A stretch of DNA of 64,000 bases from an uncultured delta proteobacterium (GTDB lineage: Bacteria; Myxococcota_A; Polyangia; Fen-1088), in NCBI GenBank assembly GCA_963767925.1, contig CAVYGB010000008.1:960001-1024000 (forward strand). The letters are read 5' to 3'. A program made the position numbers and the translations under genes. Shown in pieces: positions 21,135 to 31,535 of the stretch. The stretch's first letter is position 1; every line of letters starts with the position of its first letter. Under the pieces are notes generated by a model that worked only from the letters and a program-made list of their open reading frames with translations, was not told the origin of the DNA and searched no databases.

Positions 21135-21872
21135 CTACCATGTCTCCGGCTCGACCTCCGCGTCGGTCACGGCGATGAACCCGCCCGGCGGCAGATCGAC
21201 CGGCAAGGCCAGCCGGCCGAAGGAGACGCGACACAGGCCCAGGACGTGGCTGCCGAGGGCGGCGAAGATGCGCTTGACCTCGTGGTAGGCGCCCGCCGCC
21301 AGGGTGATACGAGCGAAGGTGGTGGCCTCCGGCGGGCGGGCCAGGCTGGGGTGCAGGTCGGTGGCAGCGAGGGGGGCCAGCTCGAGGATCGAAGGGCGGT
21401 GGCCGTCGGCCAGCACCAGACCCGGCTCGAGCGGGCGGTGGGGGCGCGCGAGCGCGGCCTGGTAGGTGCGGGGCAGGGCACGCTTTGGGTGGGACAGGCG
21501 CTGCAGCCAGCGGCCGTCGGTGGTCCAGACGAGGAGCCCGGTCGCGTCGAGATCCAGCCGCCCCACCGACCGCAGCTCCGCCCAGAGCGGCGCTCCGCGC
21601 AGCAGCGCGTGGGCCACCGGGTAGCGGTCGTCCCGCAGCGCGGTCACGTGCCCCGCCGGTTTGTTCAGGGCGACGTGGACGCGGTCGTGCAAGGGCAGCG
21701 GCTTGTCGAGCCAGGTGACCAGCAGCGGCAGCCGGTCCGACTCCACGCGGGCCCGGGGATCGAGCGGTGCGCCCGGGGCCGCGGCCACGACCTCGCCGGC
21801 CGCCATGCGGCGGCGGGCCTCGGTCTTCGAGCAGTCGAGGTTGCGCGCTACGAGATCGTCGAGCCTGGGCAC
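21135..21872 (-). CDS. rRNA pseudouridine synthase, RsuA family
   Basis: S4-like RLDDLV, LNKPAGHV, VGRLDLDATGLL (catalytic Asp), GAYHEVKRIF; start moved to GTG 21872. Confidence 0.88.
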   Translation of the reverse strand: MPRLDDLVARNLDCSKTEARRRMAAGEVVAAAPGAPLDPRARVESDRLPLLVTWLDKPLPLHDRVHVALNKPAGHVTALRDDRYPVAHALLRGAPLWAELRSVGRLDLDATGLLVWTTDGRWLQRLSHPKRALPRTYQAALARPHRPLEPGLVLADGHRPSILELAPLAATDLHPSLARPPEATTFARITLAAGAYHEVKRIFAALGSHVLGLCRVSFGRLALPVDLPPGGFIAVTDAEVEPETW

Positions 21873-21957
21873 CGGCCCGACTCTACTCGCCCCGAACGCG
21901 CCGTGCCGGGCCCACTTGCCCGGGACCTCCCGGTCTGGCGTATCCTGGCGCCGGCAG

Positions 21958-22449
21958 ATGCGCGCGCTGCACATCGTCCTCGTCGAACCCGAGATCCCCT
22001 GGAACGCCGGCAACGTCGGCCGGACCGCCCTCGCCGTGGGGGCGGTCCTGCACCTGGTGCAGCCGCTGGGGTTCTCGCTCGACGACCGGCAGGTCCGGCG
22101 GGCCGGGCTGGACTACTGGCCCCGGGTGCCGCTGCGGCTCTGGAGCGACTGGCGCGCGCTCGAGCGGGCCTTGCCCGACCTGGGGGCGCCCTTCCTGCTC
22201 ACCGCCGCCGCGCCCCGCAGCTACTGGGAGCCGCGCTACCCCGAGCGCACGGTGCTGGTGCTGGGTCGGGAGAGCGTCGGGTTGCCACCCGAGTTGCTGG
22301 CCCGCCACCCCGAGGAGACGGTTCGCCTCCCGATGCTGGATTCGGAGCTGCGGTCCTTGAACCTCTCGACCGCCGCCGCCCTCGCGTCGTATGAAGTCAT
22401 TCGGCAGTGGAACGCGCAGCCAGGCACCAGCCCGGCCAACCAGGAGTGA
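21958..22449 (+). CDS. trmL: tRNA (cytidine/uridine-34-2'-O)-methyltransferase
   Basis: HIVLVEPEIPWNAGNVGRT, RRAGLDYW, GRESVGL, RSLNLS (SPOUT). Confidence 0.93.
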   Translation: MRALHIVLVEPEIPWNAGNVGRTALAVGAVLHLVQPLGFSLDDRQVRRAGLDYWPRVPLRLWSDWRALERALPDLGAPFLLTAAAPRSYWEPRYPERTVLVLGRESVGLPPELLARHPEETVRLPMLDSELRSLNLSTAAALASYEVIRQWNAQPGTSPANQE

Positions 22450-22455
22450 CGTCCA

Positions 22456-23418
22456 GTGAGCAACAGACCGCAAAGGCAGAAGACTCGGGGAGGCAAGGGG
22501 TGGTCCGCGGCCGGCCGCCTGGGATCTTCGGCCCTCCTGGCCGCGCTGCTGCTGGCCGTCGGGGCCCCGAGCGCGGCCGCTCAGGACCCCGATCGGATCG
22601 CGGTGTTGCCGCTCGAGATCGTGGGTGACATCCCCGCCGGCCGCCCCGCGCTGGAGGCGGCGGTGCTGCGCGGTCTCACGGTGGCGGCTTCGCCGACGAT
22701 GTCCTCGGAGGAGGCGGACGGCCGCCTGCAAGGGGGCAGCGCGCGCCTGCCCTGCGACTCGCCCGATTGCTGGTCCGCCGTCGGCAAGGCGGTCGAGGCC
22801 CGCTACCTCGTCACCGGCCGGGTCGAGCGCAAGGAGAACCTCTTCCAGGTGGAGTTCAGGGTGATCGACGCCCGCGCCGGCCGCCTGCTGGCCAGGGAGA
22901 CGAACAGCTGCGCGGCCGACGACTGCTCGGTGGCCGAGCTGTGCCGCCTGGTGGTGCGGGAGCTCGCCCGGCAGACCCTGACCCAGCCCGACGTGACGGC
23001 CGCCCCCGCCGCCGACAGCAACGGCGACCTTCCGCCGCCCGCCCCGCTTGTCGATACGGCGACCGGAGGGCCAGCCGCGGACCAGCCCGCCACCTGGTGG
23101 ACGCCCCGGCGGAAGTGGGCGGTCGCGGCCCTCGTCGGCGGCGCCGCCATCGGCGCCGGCGGCGGCTACCTGATCTACGTCCACAACTCCTGCGCCGAGC
23201 GGTTTCCCGACCAGACCATGCTCTGCGCCCGGCGGCGGGGGTCGGACAAGAACGAGGCGCTCATCGGGGGAATCGCCGCGGCCGGCGCGGGGGTGGGGCT
23301 GGTGACCACCGGCATCGTCATGTTGCTGACCGGCCGGCCCGCGGACGAGGTCTCCCCGGGCTCCGCCCTGGGGCTCTCGATCGCCCCCGGGCACCTGCTG
23401 CTATCGGGCCGGTTCTGA
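22456..23418 (+). CDS. Secreted/outer-membrane-associated hypothetical protein
   Basis: Signal peptide (..SAAA|QDP), RIAVLPLE domain with Cys pairs, Gly-rich hydrophobic segments, terminal LSGRF. Confidence 0.7.
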   Translation: MSNRPQRQKTRGGKGWSAAGRLGSSALLAALLLAVGAPSAAAQDPDRIAVLPLEIVGDIPAGRPALEAAVLRGLTVAASPTMSSEEADGRLQGGSARLPCDSPDCWSAVGKAVEARYLVTGRVERKENLFQVEFRVIDARAGRLLARETNSCAADDCSVAELCRLVVRELARQTLTQPDVTAAPAADSNGDLPPPAPLVDTATGGPAADQPATWWTPRRKWAVAALVGGAAIGAGGGYLIYVHNSCAERFPDQTMLCARRRGSDKNEALIGGIAAAGAGVGLVTTGIVMLLTGRPADEVSPGSALGLSIAPGHLLLSGRF

Positions 23419-26094
23419 GGGCTGGGTCTCTTCGGCCGGGGCCTGCCGGCCCATCGCCTCGTTGGCCTTGCGCAGCCCTTCGCGGGCCCGCGAGTCGGAC
23501 GGGGCGAGCTTGAGCGCCCGGTCGTAGGCCCGGGCCGCGCTCGGGTAATCCTGCATGTTCCGGTAGATCTTCCCGAGCTGGATCAAGCCCTCCGCCCCGG
23601 CGCCCTTCTCGGTGGCCTCGTTGGCGGTGTTGATCGCCTCGACGAAGCGGCCCTCCTGGAAATGGTTCTCGCTCTCGATGAGCAGCACCGACAGGTCGGG
23701 CGGGGGGCCCGAGATCAGCGCGCGCCGGCGGGGGACCGGCTCGGCGGCAGCCGCGGGCCGCCGGACGCGCAGCGGATCCGTGCTGGTCGCCGCCAGGGGA
23801 AGGGCCCCGGAGGTGGAGCGTGGGCCGGCGACGACGGGCCGGGAGGTGGCCGCGATCCCGGCCGAGGCCGGGGCGGGCGGGGGAGGGGCCGCCGGTTTGC
23901 TGGCGCCGGATGGCGGCCCCACCTTCGCCGCCGCGGCGGGGGCGCCGGTCGGCGGTCCGATGCGGGCCGGCGCCGCCGTGGTGATGACCGGCGTGGGCGG
24001 GCGTCCGTCGGGGCCGACCGCTCGGTCGACGAGCAGCGCGGTCACCCCGGCCACCGAGCCCCCGACGGCCAGGAGCAACATCGCCGCCCGATTCCGGCGC
24101 TGCGCGCGCCGATCGGCGTCATGGACCAGCGAGGTGACCGAAGGCGCCCGCACCAGGGCGCTGACCCCCACCGCCCGGAGCCGCTCGATGGCGGCCAGCA
24201 GGTCCCGGCGCAGGATCTCCATGGAGGAGGGGCGCCGGGCCGGCTCGCGGGCCAGGCAGCGGGCCACCAGCGATTCGATGTCCTGGGAGAGGTCGGTGCG
24301 CCAGCGGCGCACGGGCAGGGCCTCCTCGGTCATCTTCTTGCGCCAGACCGCCTCCACCGAGTCGCCCTCGGTGGGCGGGTGGCCACCCGACAGCATGAAA
24401 TACAGCAGCCCGCCCACGGCGTAGATGTCGACCCGGAAGTCGATGTCGTTGCCCCGCTCGATCTGCTCGGGGGCCATGTATTTCGGGGTGCCGACCGCGG
24501 CGTCGACCTGGGTGAGCTGGCCGCCGTGCTGGGCGGGATCGGCCCGCAGGAACTTGGCCACCCCGAAGTCGAGCACCTTGACGAAGTCGGCGTCCTCGTG
24601 GGCCCGATCGCGCAGCAGCATCACGTTCGAGGGCTTGAGATCGCGGTGGATGATGCCGGCCTTGTGGGCCGCCTCGAGCGCCCGGCAGACCTGCACGCCG
24701 ATCAGGAGGGCGCGCTCGACCGGGAAAGGGGTCTCCTGGCGCACCAGGTGGACCATGTCGATCCCGTCGATGAACTCCATCACGAAGAAGAACCGCCCGT
24801 CGGGCGTGTTCCCGCAGTCGGTGACGTCGGCGATGTTGGCGTGCCGGATCTGAGAGGCGGCCTGGGCCTCCAGCCGGAAGCGCTGGACCATCTCGCGCTT
24901 CCGGCGCTCGCCGTGGCGGGGGATCTTGATGGCCACCCGCTTGCCGATGCCGGTGTGGTGCCCCTCGTAGACCCGGCCCATCGCCCCTTCGCCCACCAGT
25001 CGCCGGAGGAAATAGCGCTCGGCCAGCACGGCGCCCAGCAGGGGGTCGCCGTCGCCCGCGCCGGAGAGCACCGACGCCGCCCGCACGTTGTTCGACCCGC
25101 TCGGCTGCGACAGGATGGTCACCGCGTGCTTGACGAGGCCCTCCCGTTCGGTCGCCTCCGCCTCGATGTCGCTGTCGAACAGCGCCCCCATGAAGTCGGC
25201 GAGGGCCAGCTTGCCCGCCTCGCGCGGCATGTGCACGGTGAGGGCGGCGCTCATCTCCTCCCCGGTCTGGTAGCGCTCGGCGGGGTCCTCGGCCAGCGCC
25301 TTGCGGACCGCCATCTCCAGCTCGGGCGGGATGTTGGGGTTGAAGCGCGAGGGCGGCGGGATCTCGAAGTCGGTGGCCCGCGACTCGGGGCTGGGGAACA
25401 GTTGCCGGCCGGTCAGCAGCTCCCAGAGGATGAGGCCGGCCGAGAACAGGTCGCTGCGGTGATCGACGGCCTTGCCCAGGTGCTGCTCCGGGGACATGTA
25501 GCCGATCTTGCCCCAGTTGATCCCGGTGGCGGTCTCGGCCAGCTTGCTGTTCCACTTGGCCAGGCCGAAGTCGATCAGCTTGACCCCGCCCGTGTACGAG
25601 AGCATCACGTTCGAGGGCGAGACGTCGCGGTGGACGAGCTTCATGTCGCGGGCCCGGTGGGCATAGCCCAGCCCCGCGCACAGCTCGCTGACGATGAAGA
25701 GGGAGGTTCCGATGGGGAAGCCCACGCCCCGCTGGGCGCAGCGGTTCCACAGCTCGGTCAAGGTCTTGCCTTCGAGGAACTCCATCGCCAGGTAGCCCTG
25801 GCCGCTGACGACGCCGTAGTCGAAGACGAAGACCAGGTTCTCGTGCGAGAGCTTGGTGACGACCTTGGCCTCGTCGAGGAAGCGGGCCGACAGCTCGTGG
25901 GGATCCCGATCGCGGGCCAGGTCGCGGATGATCTTCAGCGCGCACACCCGCTGGGCGCCGGGCTCACCGGTGACGCCCATGTAGACCTGCCCCATGCCGC
26001 CCGAGCCCAGCTCCTTGAGCAGGACGTAGCGCTCGGAGAACCGCTGGGGGAAGTCGAGGCGGGATCGCGATTCGGACGAGGTTTCGGTCGCCAC
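23401..26094 (-). CDS. Membrane Ser/Thr protein kinase with two tandem kinase domains and C-terminal TPR
   Basis: Domain 1: GSGGMG, ALK, HRDVSPSN, DFG, YMSPE. Domain 2: GEGAMG, AIK, HRDLKPSN, DFG, GTPKYMAPE. TM helix, Pro/Ala linker, TPR-like LGKIY...AARAYDRALKLAP. Confidence 0.93.
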   Translation of the reverse strand: MATETSSESRSRLDFPQRFSERYVLLKELGSGGMGQVYMGVTGEPGAQRVCALKIIRDLARDRDPHELSARFLDEAKVVTKLSHENLVFVFDYGVVSGQGYLAMEFLEGKTLTELWNRCAQRGVGFPIGTSLFIVSELCAGLGYAHRARDMKLVHRDVSPSNVMLSYTGGVKLIDFGLAKWNSKLAETATGINWGKIGYMSPEQHLGKAVDHRSDLFSAGLILWELLTGRQLFPSPESRATDFEIPPPSRFNPNIPPELEMAVRKALAEDPAERYQTGEEMSAALTVHMPREAGKLALADFMGALFDSDIEAEATEREGLVKHAVTILSQPSGSNNVRAASVLSGAGDGDPLLGAVLAERYFLRRLVGEGAMGRVYEGHHTGIGKRVAIKIPRHGERRKREMVQRFRLEAQAASQIRHANIADVTDCGNTPDGRFFFVMEFIDGIDMVHLVRQETPFPVERALLIGVQVCRALEAAHKAGIIHRDLKPSNVMLLRDRAHEDADFVKVLDFGVAKFLRADPAQHGGQLTQVDAAVGTPKYMAPEQIERGNDIDFRVDIYAVGGLLYFMLSGGHPPTEGDSVEAVWRKKMTEEALPVRRWRTDLSQDIESLVARCLAREPARRPSSMEILRRDLLAAIERLRAVGVSALVRAPSVTSLVHDADRRAQRRNRAAMLLLAVGGSVAGVTALLVDRAVGPDGRPPTPVITTAAPARIGPPTGAPAAAAKVGPPSGASKPAAPPPPAPASAGIAATSRPVVAGPRSTSGALPLAATSTDPLRVRRPAAAAEPVPRRRALISGPPPDLSVLLIESENHFQEGRFVEAINTANEATEKGAGAEGLIQLGKIYRNMQDYPSAARAYDRALKLAPSDSRAREGLRKANEAMGRQAPAEETQPSEPAR

Positions 26095-26259
26095 GGTCGA
26101 GCGCGATCCTATCCAGGTCGCCTGCGCTGTCGAGCCGGAACTACGCGATCGATGAGGCCGTTTTTCTTATCTACAGCGCGTCATGGGTGGCATTGCCGTC
26201 GGGTCCCGTCCAAAAAATTGCGGGAGATGGGGCCAGCTCTGATACTGGGTCAGGGCTGC

Positions 26260-26565
26260 ATGCGCCGGGACGTCAAGAAGGCCTGGGTGGTGCGGGGACT
26301 CGGAGCAGCTTTGCTGGCCCTGACGTTCGGGTACGTTCCCTACCACCTCTACAGCCGTTCGGGATTTTCCCGGTATCTGGAGCTCAGGGCCGAGCTGCAT
26401 TCGATCCAGCAGGAGATTGCGCGCATGCGATTGGAGAACGGCCAGCTCGAACGGGAGGCGGCGGCCCTGCGCTCGGATCCCAGGCTGATCGAGCGGGAGG
26501 CGCGGGCCCGCCTGATGTGGGTCAAGCCGGGTGAGGTCATCTTCGACCTCGGTGCGCCGCCGTGA
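26260..26565 (+). CDS. ftsB: Septum formation initiator FtsB/DivIC family
   Basis: Single N-terminal TM, coiled coil, IEREARARLMWVKPGEVIF. Confidence 0.82.
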   Translation: MRRDVKKAWVVRGLGAALLALTFGYVPYHLYSRSGFSRYLELRAELHSIQQEIARMRLENGQLEREAAALRSDPRLIEREARARLMWVKPGEVIFDLGAPP

Positions 26566-28748
26566 GGGCCCACCGGCTGCAGAGCTGGCGGGCCCGGGTC
26601 GGGCCCCTGCTGCAAGCGATCCAGGCCTTCTGGGGCCTCGCCGTCGTGGCGGTGTTCGTCGTGCTGCTGTCCCGGGGCTGGTTCCTGGGCCTCGCCCACG
26701 GCCAGGGCGACAGCAGCCTGCGGGCGGCGGCGGCGGCCTGCCTGGTGGCGGTGCTGGTCGCCAAGATCGCCGGGCGGCTGCGCATGAGCGAGCGGCGGCG
26801 AACCAGCACCCGCGAGGTCCTATCGGACATCGAGCTTGGCCTGCTCCTGTTGACCGCGACCTATGTCTTCCTGGCCGTGCTGGGTGGGGTGGGGTCGCCG
26901 GTGTTCCCCCTGGTCTATGCCCTGGTCAGCTTCCTGGTCACCTTCCACCGCATGCGGGTGGGGATCCCCCTGGCCCTGGCGGCCATCGCCCTCGAGGCGG
27001 CGATGGCCTTCGGCCCCGGGGCGGCCCCCTCGGCGGGGGGCTTCTTCCCCAGCCACGCCGTGTTCATCGCCGTCTTCGCCGGCCTCAACGTGGCCTTCCT
27101 GCACGCCGAGGTGACCCGCCAGCGTCGCGAGCACCGGCGCCGCCTGGAGACCGAGGTGGCGAGCATGCGCGAGGAGGCCCGTGACTTCCGGCTCAGCTCG
27201 AAGGGCCTGCCCAGGGAAAGCCGGGGCCGCTCCCGGGCCGAGGAGGAGGAGAAGCTCTCCCAGGGCTCGGTGGCGACCATCCACCAGCAGCTCTTCGCCA
27301 CCCTCGAGCTGCTGCGCAAGTCGCTGGCCCTGCAGACCTGCGCCTTGCTCTGGCTCGACGAGGCGGGCGAGAGCCTCAAGATCAAGGAGGTCGTCAGCGA
27401 CGGACGGCGCCTGGCGGAGGGACCCTTCCCCGCCCGCACCGGGGTCCTGGGGGCCATCCTCAAGGAGCGCAAGCCGCTCGGCCTGGAGGCCCCTCGCCCG
27501 CAGCTTCTGCCCTATTACGAGGGGCCGGTGGAGGTCGACGCCTTCCTGGGCGTCCCGGTGATGGAGCGGGGCTCGCTGCGCGGGATCCTGGTGGCCGACC
27601 GGCGCGGCGGGGGGACCTTCCCGGCCCGGGAGGTGGAGCTGGTGACCAGCGCCGCCGCTCAGGTCCTGCGCATCGTGCAGTCCGAGCGGGTGTTCCAGGC
27701 GGTGGAGCGCTCGAAACACGAGCACGAGCGGTTTTATCAGGCCTCGGCGGCGCTCAACCGGGCCCTCACCCTGGCCGAGGTCTACGACGCCGCCATCGAG
27801 GGGGCCCGGGGGGTGTGCGAGTTCGACTTCGCCGCGGTGGCGATCCACGACCCCGCCGACGGCAGCCACACCGTCCGGCGGGTGGTGGGCGAGGGGGCGG
27901 AGGCGCTCGACGGAAAGCGCTTCCGGGACCCCTCGGCGCTCGCCTCGATGGTGGTCAAGAACCGCCTGGCCCTGCCGACCGACGGCGAGTGGGGCGATCG
28001 CGACGACGCCGCCTTCGACGCCAGCGTCCGGCTGGCCGAGTTCCACTCGCTGCTGATGTTGCCCCTGCCGGTCAAGGACGAGGTCATCGGCACCCTCACG
28101 GTGGCGGCGCGGCGGGCGGGGGCCTTCCCCAGCGACCGCCGGGAGATGCTGGGGGTGATCGCCAACCAGGTCGCCATCTCGGTCCAGAACGGCCGCATGT
28201 ACCAGACCCTCGAGGAGCAGGCCACAACCGACGGCCTCACCGGCCTGGTCAACCACCGCACCTTCCAGGAGCGGTTCTCGGCCATGTTGACCCGGGCCGA
28301 GCGGCACAACTTCACGGTGGCGCTGCTCCTCACCGACATCGACCACTTCAAGAAGATCAACGACACCTACGGCCACCCCACCGGGGACGAGGTGCTGCGC
28401 CGGGTGGCGGCCCTGCTGGCGGTGAGCGCGCGCAAGATCGACATCACCGCCCGCTACGGGGGCGAGGAGTTCGCCCTGGTGCTCGAGTCAACCCAGCGCG
28501 AGGGGGCCTTCCAGCTCGCCGAGCGGATCCGGCAGGAGATCGGCGAGCAGGTGTTCGAGTCGAGCAAGGGCCCGTTCTCCGCCACCATGTCGCTCGGCAT
28601 CGCGCTCTACCCCCACGACGGGCGGGCCAAGAGCGAGCTCATCAAGAACGCCGACGCGGCGCTCTACGCCGCCAAACACGGGGGGCGCAACCGGACGGTC
28701 CACTTCGGGGACCTCGACAAGCGAGCCAAAGCCAAGGCGGCGAGCTAG
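26562..28748 (+). CDS. Membrane diguanylate cyclase, TM-GAF-GAF-GGDEF (DmxA-like)
   Basis: About 6 TM segments, two GAF-like domains, TDGLTGL, DIDHFKKINDTYGH, I-site RKID, GGEEF; GTGA overlap with ftsB. Confidence 0.92.
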   Translation: MRAHRLQSWRARVGPLLQAIQAFWGLAVVAVFVVLLSRGWFLGLAHGQGDSSLRAAAAACLVAVLVAKIAGRLRMSERRRTSTREVLSDIELGLLLLTATYVFLAVLGGVGSPVFPLVYALVSFLVTFHRMRVGIPLALAAIALEAAMAFGPGAAPSAGGFFPSHAVFIAVFAGLNVAFLHAEVTRQRREHRRRLETEVASMREEARDFRLSSKGLPRESRGRSRAEEEEKLSQGSVATIHQQLFATLELLRKSLALQTCALLWLDEAGESLKIKEVVSDGRRLAEGPFPARTGVLGAILKERKPLGLEAPRPQLLPYYEGPVEVDAFLGVPVMERGSLRGILVADRRGGGTFPAREVELVTSAAAQVLRIVQSERVFQAVERSKHEHERFYQASAALNRALTLAEVYDAAIEGARGVCEFDFAAVAIHDPADGSHTVRRVVGEGAEALDGKRFRDPSALASMVVKNRLALPTDGEWGDRDDAAFDASVRLAEFHSLLMLPLPVKDEVIGTLTVAARRAGAFPSDRREMLGVIANQVAISVQNGRMYQTLEEQATTDGLTGLVNHRTFQERFSAMLTRAERHNFTVALLLTDIDHFKKINDTYGHPTGDEVLRRVAALLAVSARKIDITARYGGEEFALVLESTQREGAFQLAERIRQEIGEQVFESSKGPFSATMSLGIALYPHDGRAKSELIKNADAALYAAKHGGRNRTVHFGDLDKRAKAKAAS

Positions 28749-28760
28749 AAAACCGGGGCC

Positions 28761-29306
28761 ATGTACCTGTTCGTAAAGGCCCTGCACCTGGTGGGCATCG
28801 TGAGCTGGTTCTCGGGGCTCCTCTACATCGTCCGGCTCTTCATCTACCACCTGGAGAGCGCGAGCAAGCCGGAGCCGGAGCGAAGCATCTTGCACGCCCA
28901 GTTCGTGATCATGGAGCGGCGGCTGTGGAAGGCGATAACCGTGCCCGGCATGGTCGTCACGGTGGCCTGCGGCAGCTACCTGGCGGTGGTCTACCTCGGC
29001 GCGAACAAGCATCAGCTCCAGGTGGCGAGCTGGCTGTTCGTGAAGCTGGGGCTGGTGGGCGCCCTGCTGATCTACCACCTGTTTTGCGGGAGCATCCGCC
29101 AGGAGCTGGCCGACGGGGAGTGCCGCTGGACCTCGACCCGCATGCGCCAGTGGAACGAGCTGGCGACCCTGCTGCTGGTGGCGCTCATCATGCTGGCGGT
29201 GCTCAAGGCGATGTTCAACGCCGTCTGGGGCACCCTGGCCCTGGCCGGGTTCGGCGTCTTGCTGGCCATCGCCGTCAAGCTGGTCCGCCGCCGCCTCGCC
29301 CCCTGA
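28761..29306 (+). CDS. hemJ: Protoporphyrinogen oxidase HemJ
   Basis: [42 protein letters not shown]. Confidence 0.9.
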   Translation: MYLFVKALHLVGIVSWFSGLLYIVRLFIYHLESASKPEPERSILHAQFVIMERRLWKAITVPGMVVTVACGSYLAVVYLGANKHQLQVASWLFVKLGLVGALLIYHLFCGSIRQELADGECRWTSTRMRQWNELATLLLVALIMLAVLKAMFNAVWGTLALAGFGVLLAIAVKLVRRRLAP

Positions 29307-31449
29307 CCGGGCGGCGCCTCGTGTGCTGGGTGCGGAAGGGCTTCTCGGATCGGCGGGGGGCAGGGGCGGGGGCGTGGAGGGTGCCTTCGGACGGAACGAG
29401 CTGATCGGGGCCATTTCCGATCAGGTCGGCGCGCCCCAGGCGGCGCAGGGCCTCCCGCAGCAGCGGCCAGTTGGCCGGATCGTGGTAGCGCAGGAAGGCC
29501 TTGTGCAGCCGGCGCACCCGCAGGCCCCGCGGGACGTGGACCCGCTCGGGATCTTTGCGCCGGAGGCGGCGCAGCGGGTTGAGGCCCGTGTGGTACATGG
29601 CGGTGGCGGTCGCCATCGGCGAGGGCAAGAAGGCCTGCACCTGGTCGGCGCGGAACCCGTTGCGCTTGAGCCAGAGGGCGAGCTGCACCATGTCCTGATC
29701 GGTGGTGCCGGGATGGGCGGCGATGAAATAGGGGATGAGGTACTGCTTCTTGCCCGCCTCGCGCGAGTAGCGGTCGAAGAGGGTCCGGAAGCGCTCGTAG
29801 GCCCCGATGCCCGGCTTGAGCATCATGGCCAGGGGCCCCTCCTCGGTGTGCTCGGGCGCGATCTTGAGGTAGCCCCCCACGTGGTGGGTGGCGAGCTCGC
29901 GAACGTAGTCCGGGGAGGTCGCCGCCAGGTCGTAGCGGACCCCGGAGGCGATGAGGACCTTCTTGATGCCCGCGATCGCCCGGGCCTTGCGGTAGAGGGC
30001 CACCAGCGGGGCGTGATCGGTGCGGAGGTTGGGGCAGATGTCGGGATGCACGCAGGAGGGCAGGCGGCAGGCGGCCTCCACCTCCGGATCCTTGCAGGCC
30101 AGCCGGTACATGTTGGCGGTCGGGCCGCCCAGGTCGGAGATGACGCCGGTGAAGCCGGGGGTCTGGTCGCGTACCCGCTCGATCTCCCGCAGCACCGAGG
30201 CCTCGGAGCGGTTCTGGATGATGCGGCCCTCGTGTTCGGTGATCGAGCAGAAGGTGCAGCCGCCGAAGCAGCCCCGGGTGATGGTGACCGAGGCCTTGAT
30301 CATGTCGTAGGCCGGGATGGGAGCGCCGTCGTAGCGGGGGTGGGGCCGGCGGCGATAGGGCAGCTCGTAGACCGCGTCCATCTCCGCGCTGGTCAGGGGC
30401 AGCGGCGGGGGGGTGAGCCAGACGTCGCGGTCGCCGTGGCGCTGCACGAGGGCCCGGGCGTTGCCCGGGTTGGACTCGAGGTGCAGCACCCGCGAGGCGT
30501 GGGCGTAGAGCACCGGATCGGTCACGACCTCCTCGAAGGCGGGCAGCCGGATCACCGTCCGGGCGCGATCCCGCCGGGGGCGCAGCCGCACCAGGGGGGC
30601 CGCGGCCGGCGCGGCGCCGCCCTCGGCACAGGGAGCAGTCGCCCGGGCGCTCTCGTCGGCGTAGGGGTCGGGCGGGGGCGGCGCCGGTCCGGGGGCATCG
30701 ACCCGCGTCGAGTCGAGCTCCTCGAAGTCGGGGGGCGCGGCGCCGCCGCGCCGGGCGAAGGCGGTACCCCGCACGTCGGTCAGGCTGGCGGGGGGCTCGC
30801 CGGCGGCGAGTCGGCGGGCGATCTCCACCACCGCCCGCTCGCCGTTGCCGTACACGAGCAGGTCGGCCTTCGCGTCGAGCAGGATCGAGCGCCGCACCTT
30901 CTCGGACCAGTAGTCGAAGTGGGCGATGCGGCGGAGGCTGGCCTCGATCCCACCGATCACCAGGGGCACGCCGGGGAAGGCCTCCCGGCAGCGCTGGGCG
31001 TAGACGATCACCGATCGGTCGGGGCGCAGCCCGGCGCGGGCTCCGGGCGAATAGGCGTCGTCGCTGCGGATGCGCTTGTCGCTTGTGTACCGGTTGACCA
31101 TCGAGTCCATGTTGCCGGCGGTGACCCCCCACATCAGCCGGGGCCGACCCAGGCTGGCGAAAGCCTCGGCCGAGCGCCAGTCGGGCTGGGCCACGATCCC
31201 GATCCGCAGCCCTTCGGCCTCGAGCAGCCGGCCAATTACCGCGGCGCCGAAGCTGGGGTGATCGACGTAGGCGTCGCCGGTCACCAGCACGACGTCGCAT
31301 TCGGTCCAGCCCAGGGTGGCCATCTCGGCCCGGGAGGTCGGCAGAAACGGCGCCACCGGTCCCCGGCGGGGGCCGGTGAGCAGGCTGGGCACCAGGTGGT
31401 CGGGGGAGACCACCTGGAAGCCGGCGCGGGTGGAGAGGGGGCCGTTCAC
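29275..31449 (-). CDS. ygiQ: YgiQ family radical SAM protein
   Basis: [42 protein letters not shown] (CxxxCxxC), [19 protein letters not shown]. Confidence 0.93.
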   Translation of the reverse strand: MNGPLSTRAGFQVVSPDHLVPSLLTGPRRGPVAPFLPTSRAEMATLGWTECDVVLVTGDAYVDHPSFGAAVIGRLLEAEGLRIGIVAQPDWRSAEAFASLGRPRLMWGVTAGNMDSMVNRYTSDKRIRSDDAYSPGARAGLRPDRSVIVYAQRCREAFPGVPLVIGGIEASLRRIAHFDYWSEKVRRSILLDAKADLLVYGNGERAVVEIARRLAAGEPPASLTDVRGTAFARRGGAAPPDFEELDSTRVDAPGPAPPPPDPYADESARATAPCAEGGAAPAAAPLVRLRPRRDRARTVIRLPAFEEVVTDPVLYAHASRVLHLESNPGNARALVQRHGDRDVWLTPPPLPLTSAEMDAVYELPYRRRPHPRYDGAPIPAYDMIKASVTITRGCFGGCTFCSITEHEGRIIQNRSEASVLREIERVRDQTPGFTGVISDLGGPTANMYRLACKDPEVEAACRLPSCVHPDICPNLRTDHAPLVALYRKARAIAGIKKVLIASGVRYDLAATSPDYVRELATHHVGGYLKIAPEHTEEGPLAMMLKPGIGAYERFRTLFDRYSREAGKKQYLIPYFIAAHPGTTDQDMVQLALWLKRNGFRADQVQAFLPSPMATATAMYHTGLNPLRRLRRKDPERVHVPRGLRVRRLHKAFLRYHDPANWPLLREALRRLGRADLIGNGPDQLVPSEGTLHAPAPAPRRSEKPFRTQHTRRRPVRGRGGGGPA

Positions 31450-31535
31450 GAGGCGGGGGAGTCTAGCAGCCGGCAGCCTCGGGCGGGCCGGTCTCGCTGG
31501 CTACTTCGTTGCCTTGCTCCCTTGCCCAGTCCGCC

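Noticed and set aside
21132..21137. TAGCGT 7 nt upstream of the asparaginase ATG as a further leaderless -10
   Set aside because: Its TAG is the stop codon of the upstream gene, so it is not independent evidence
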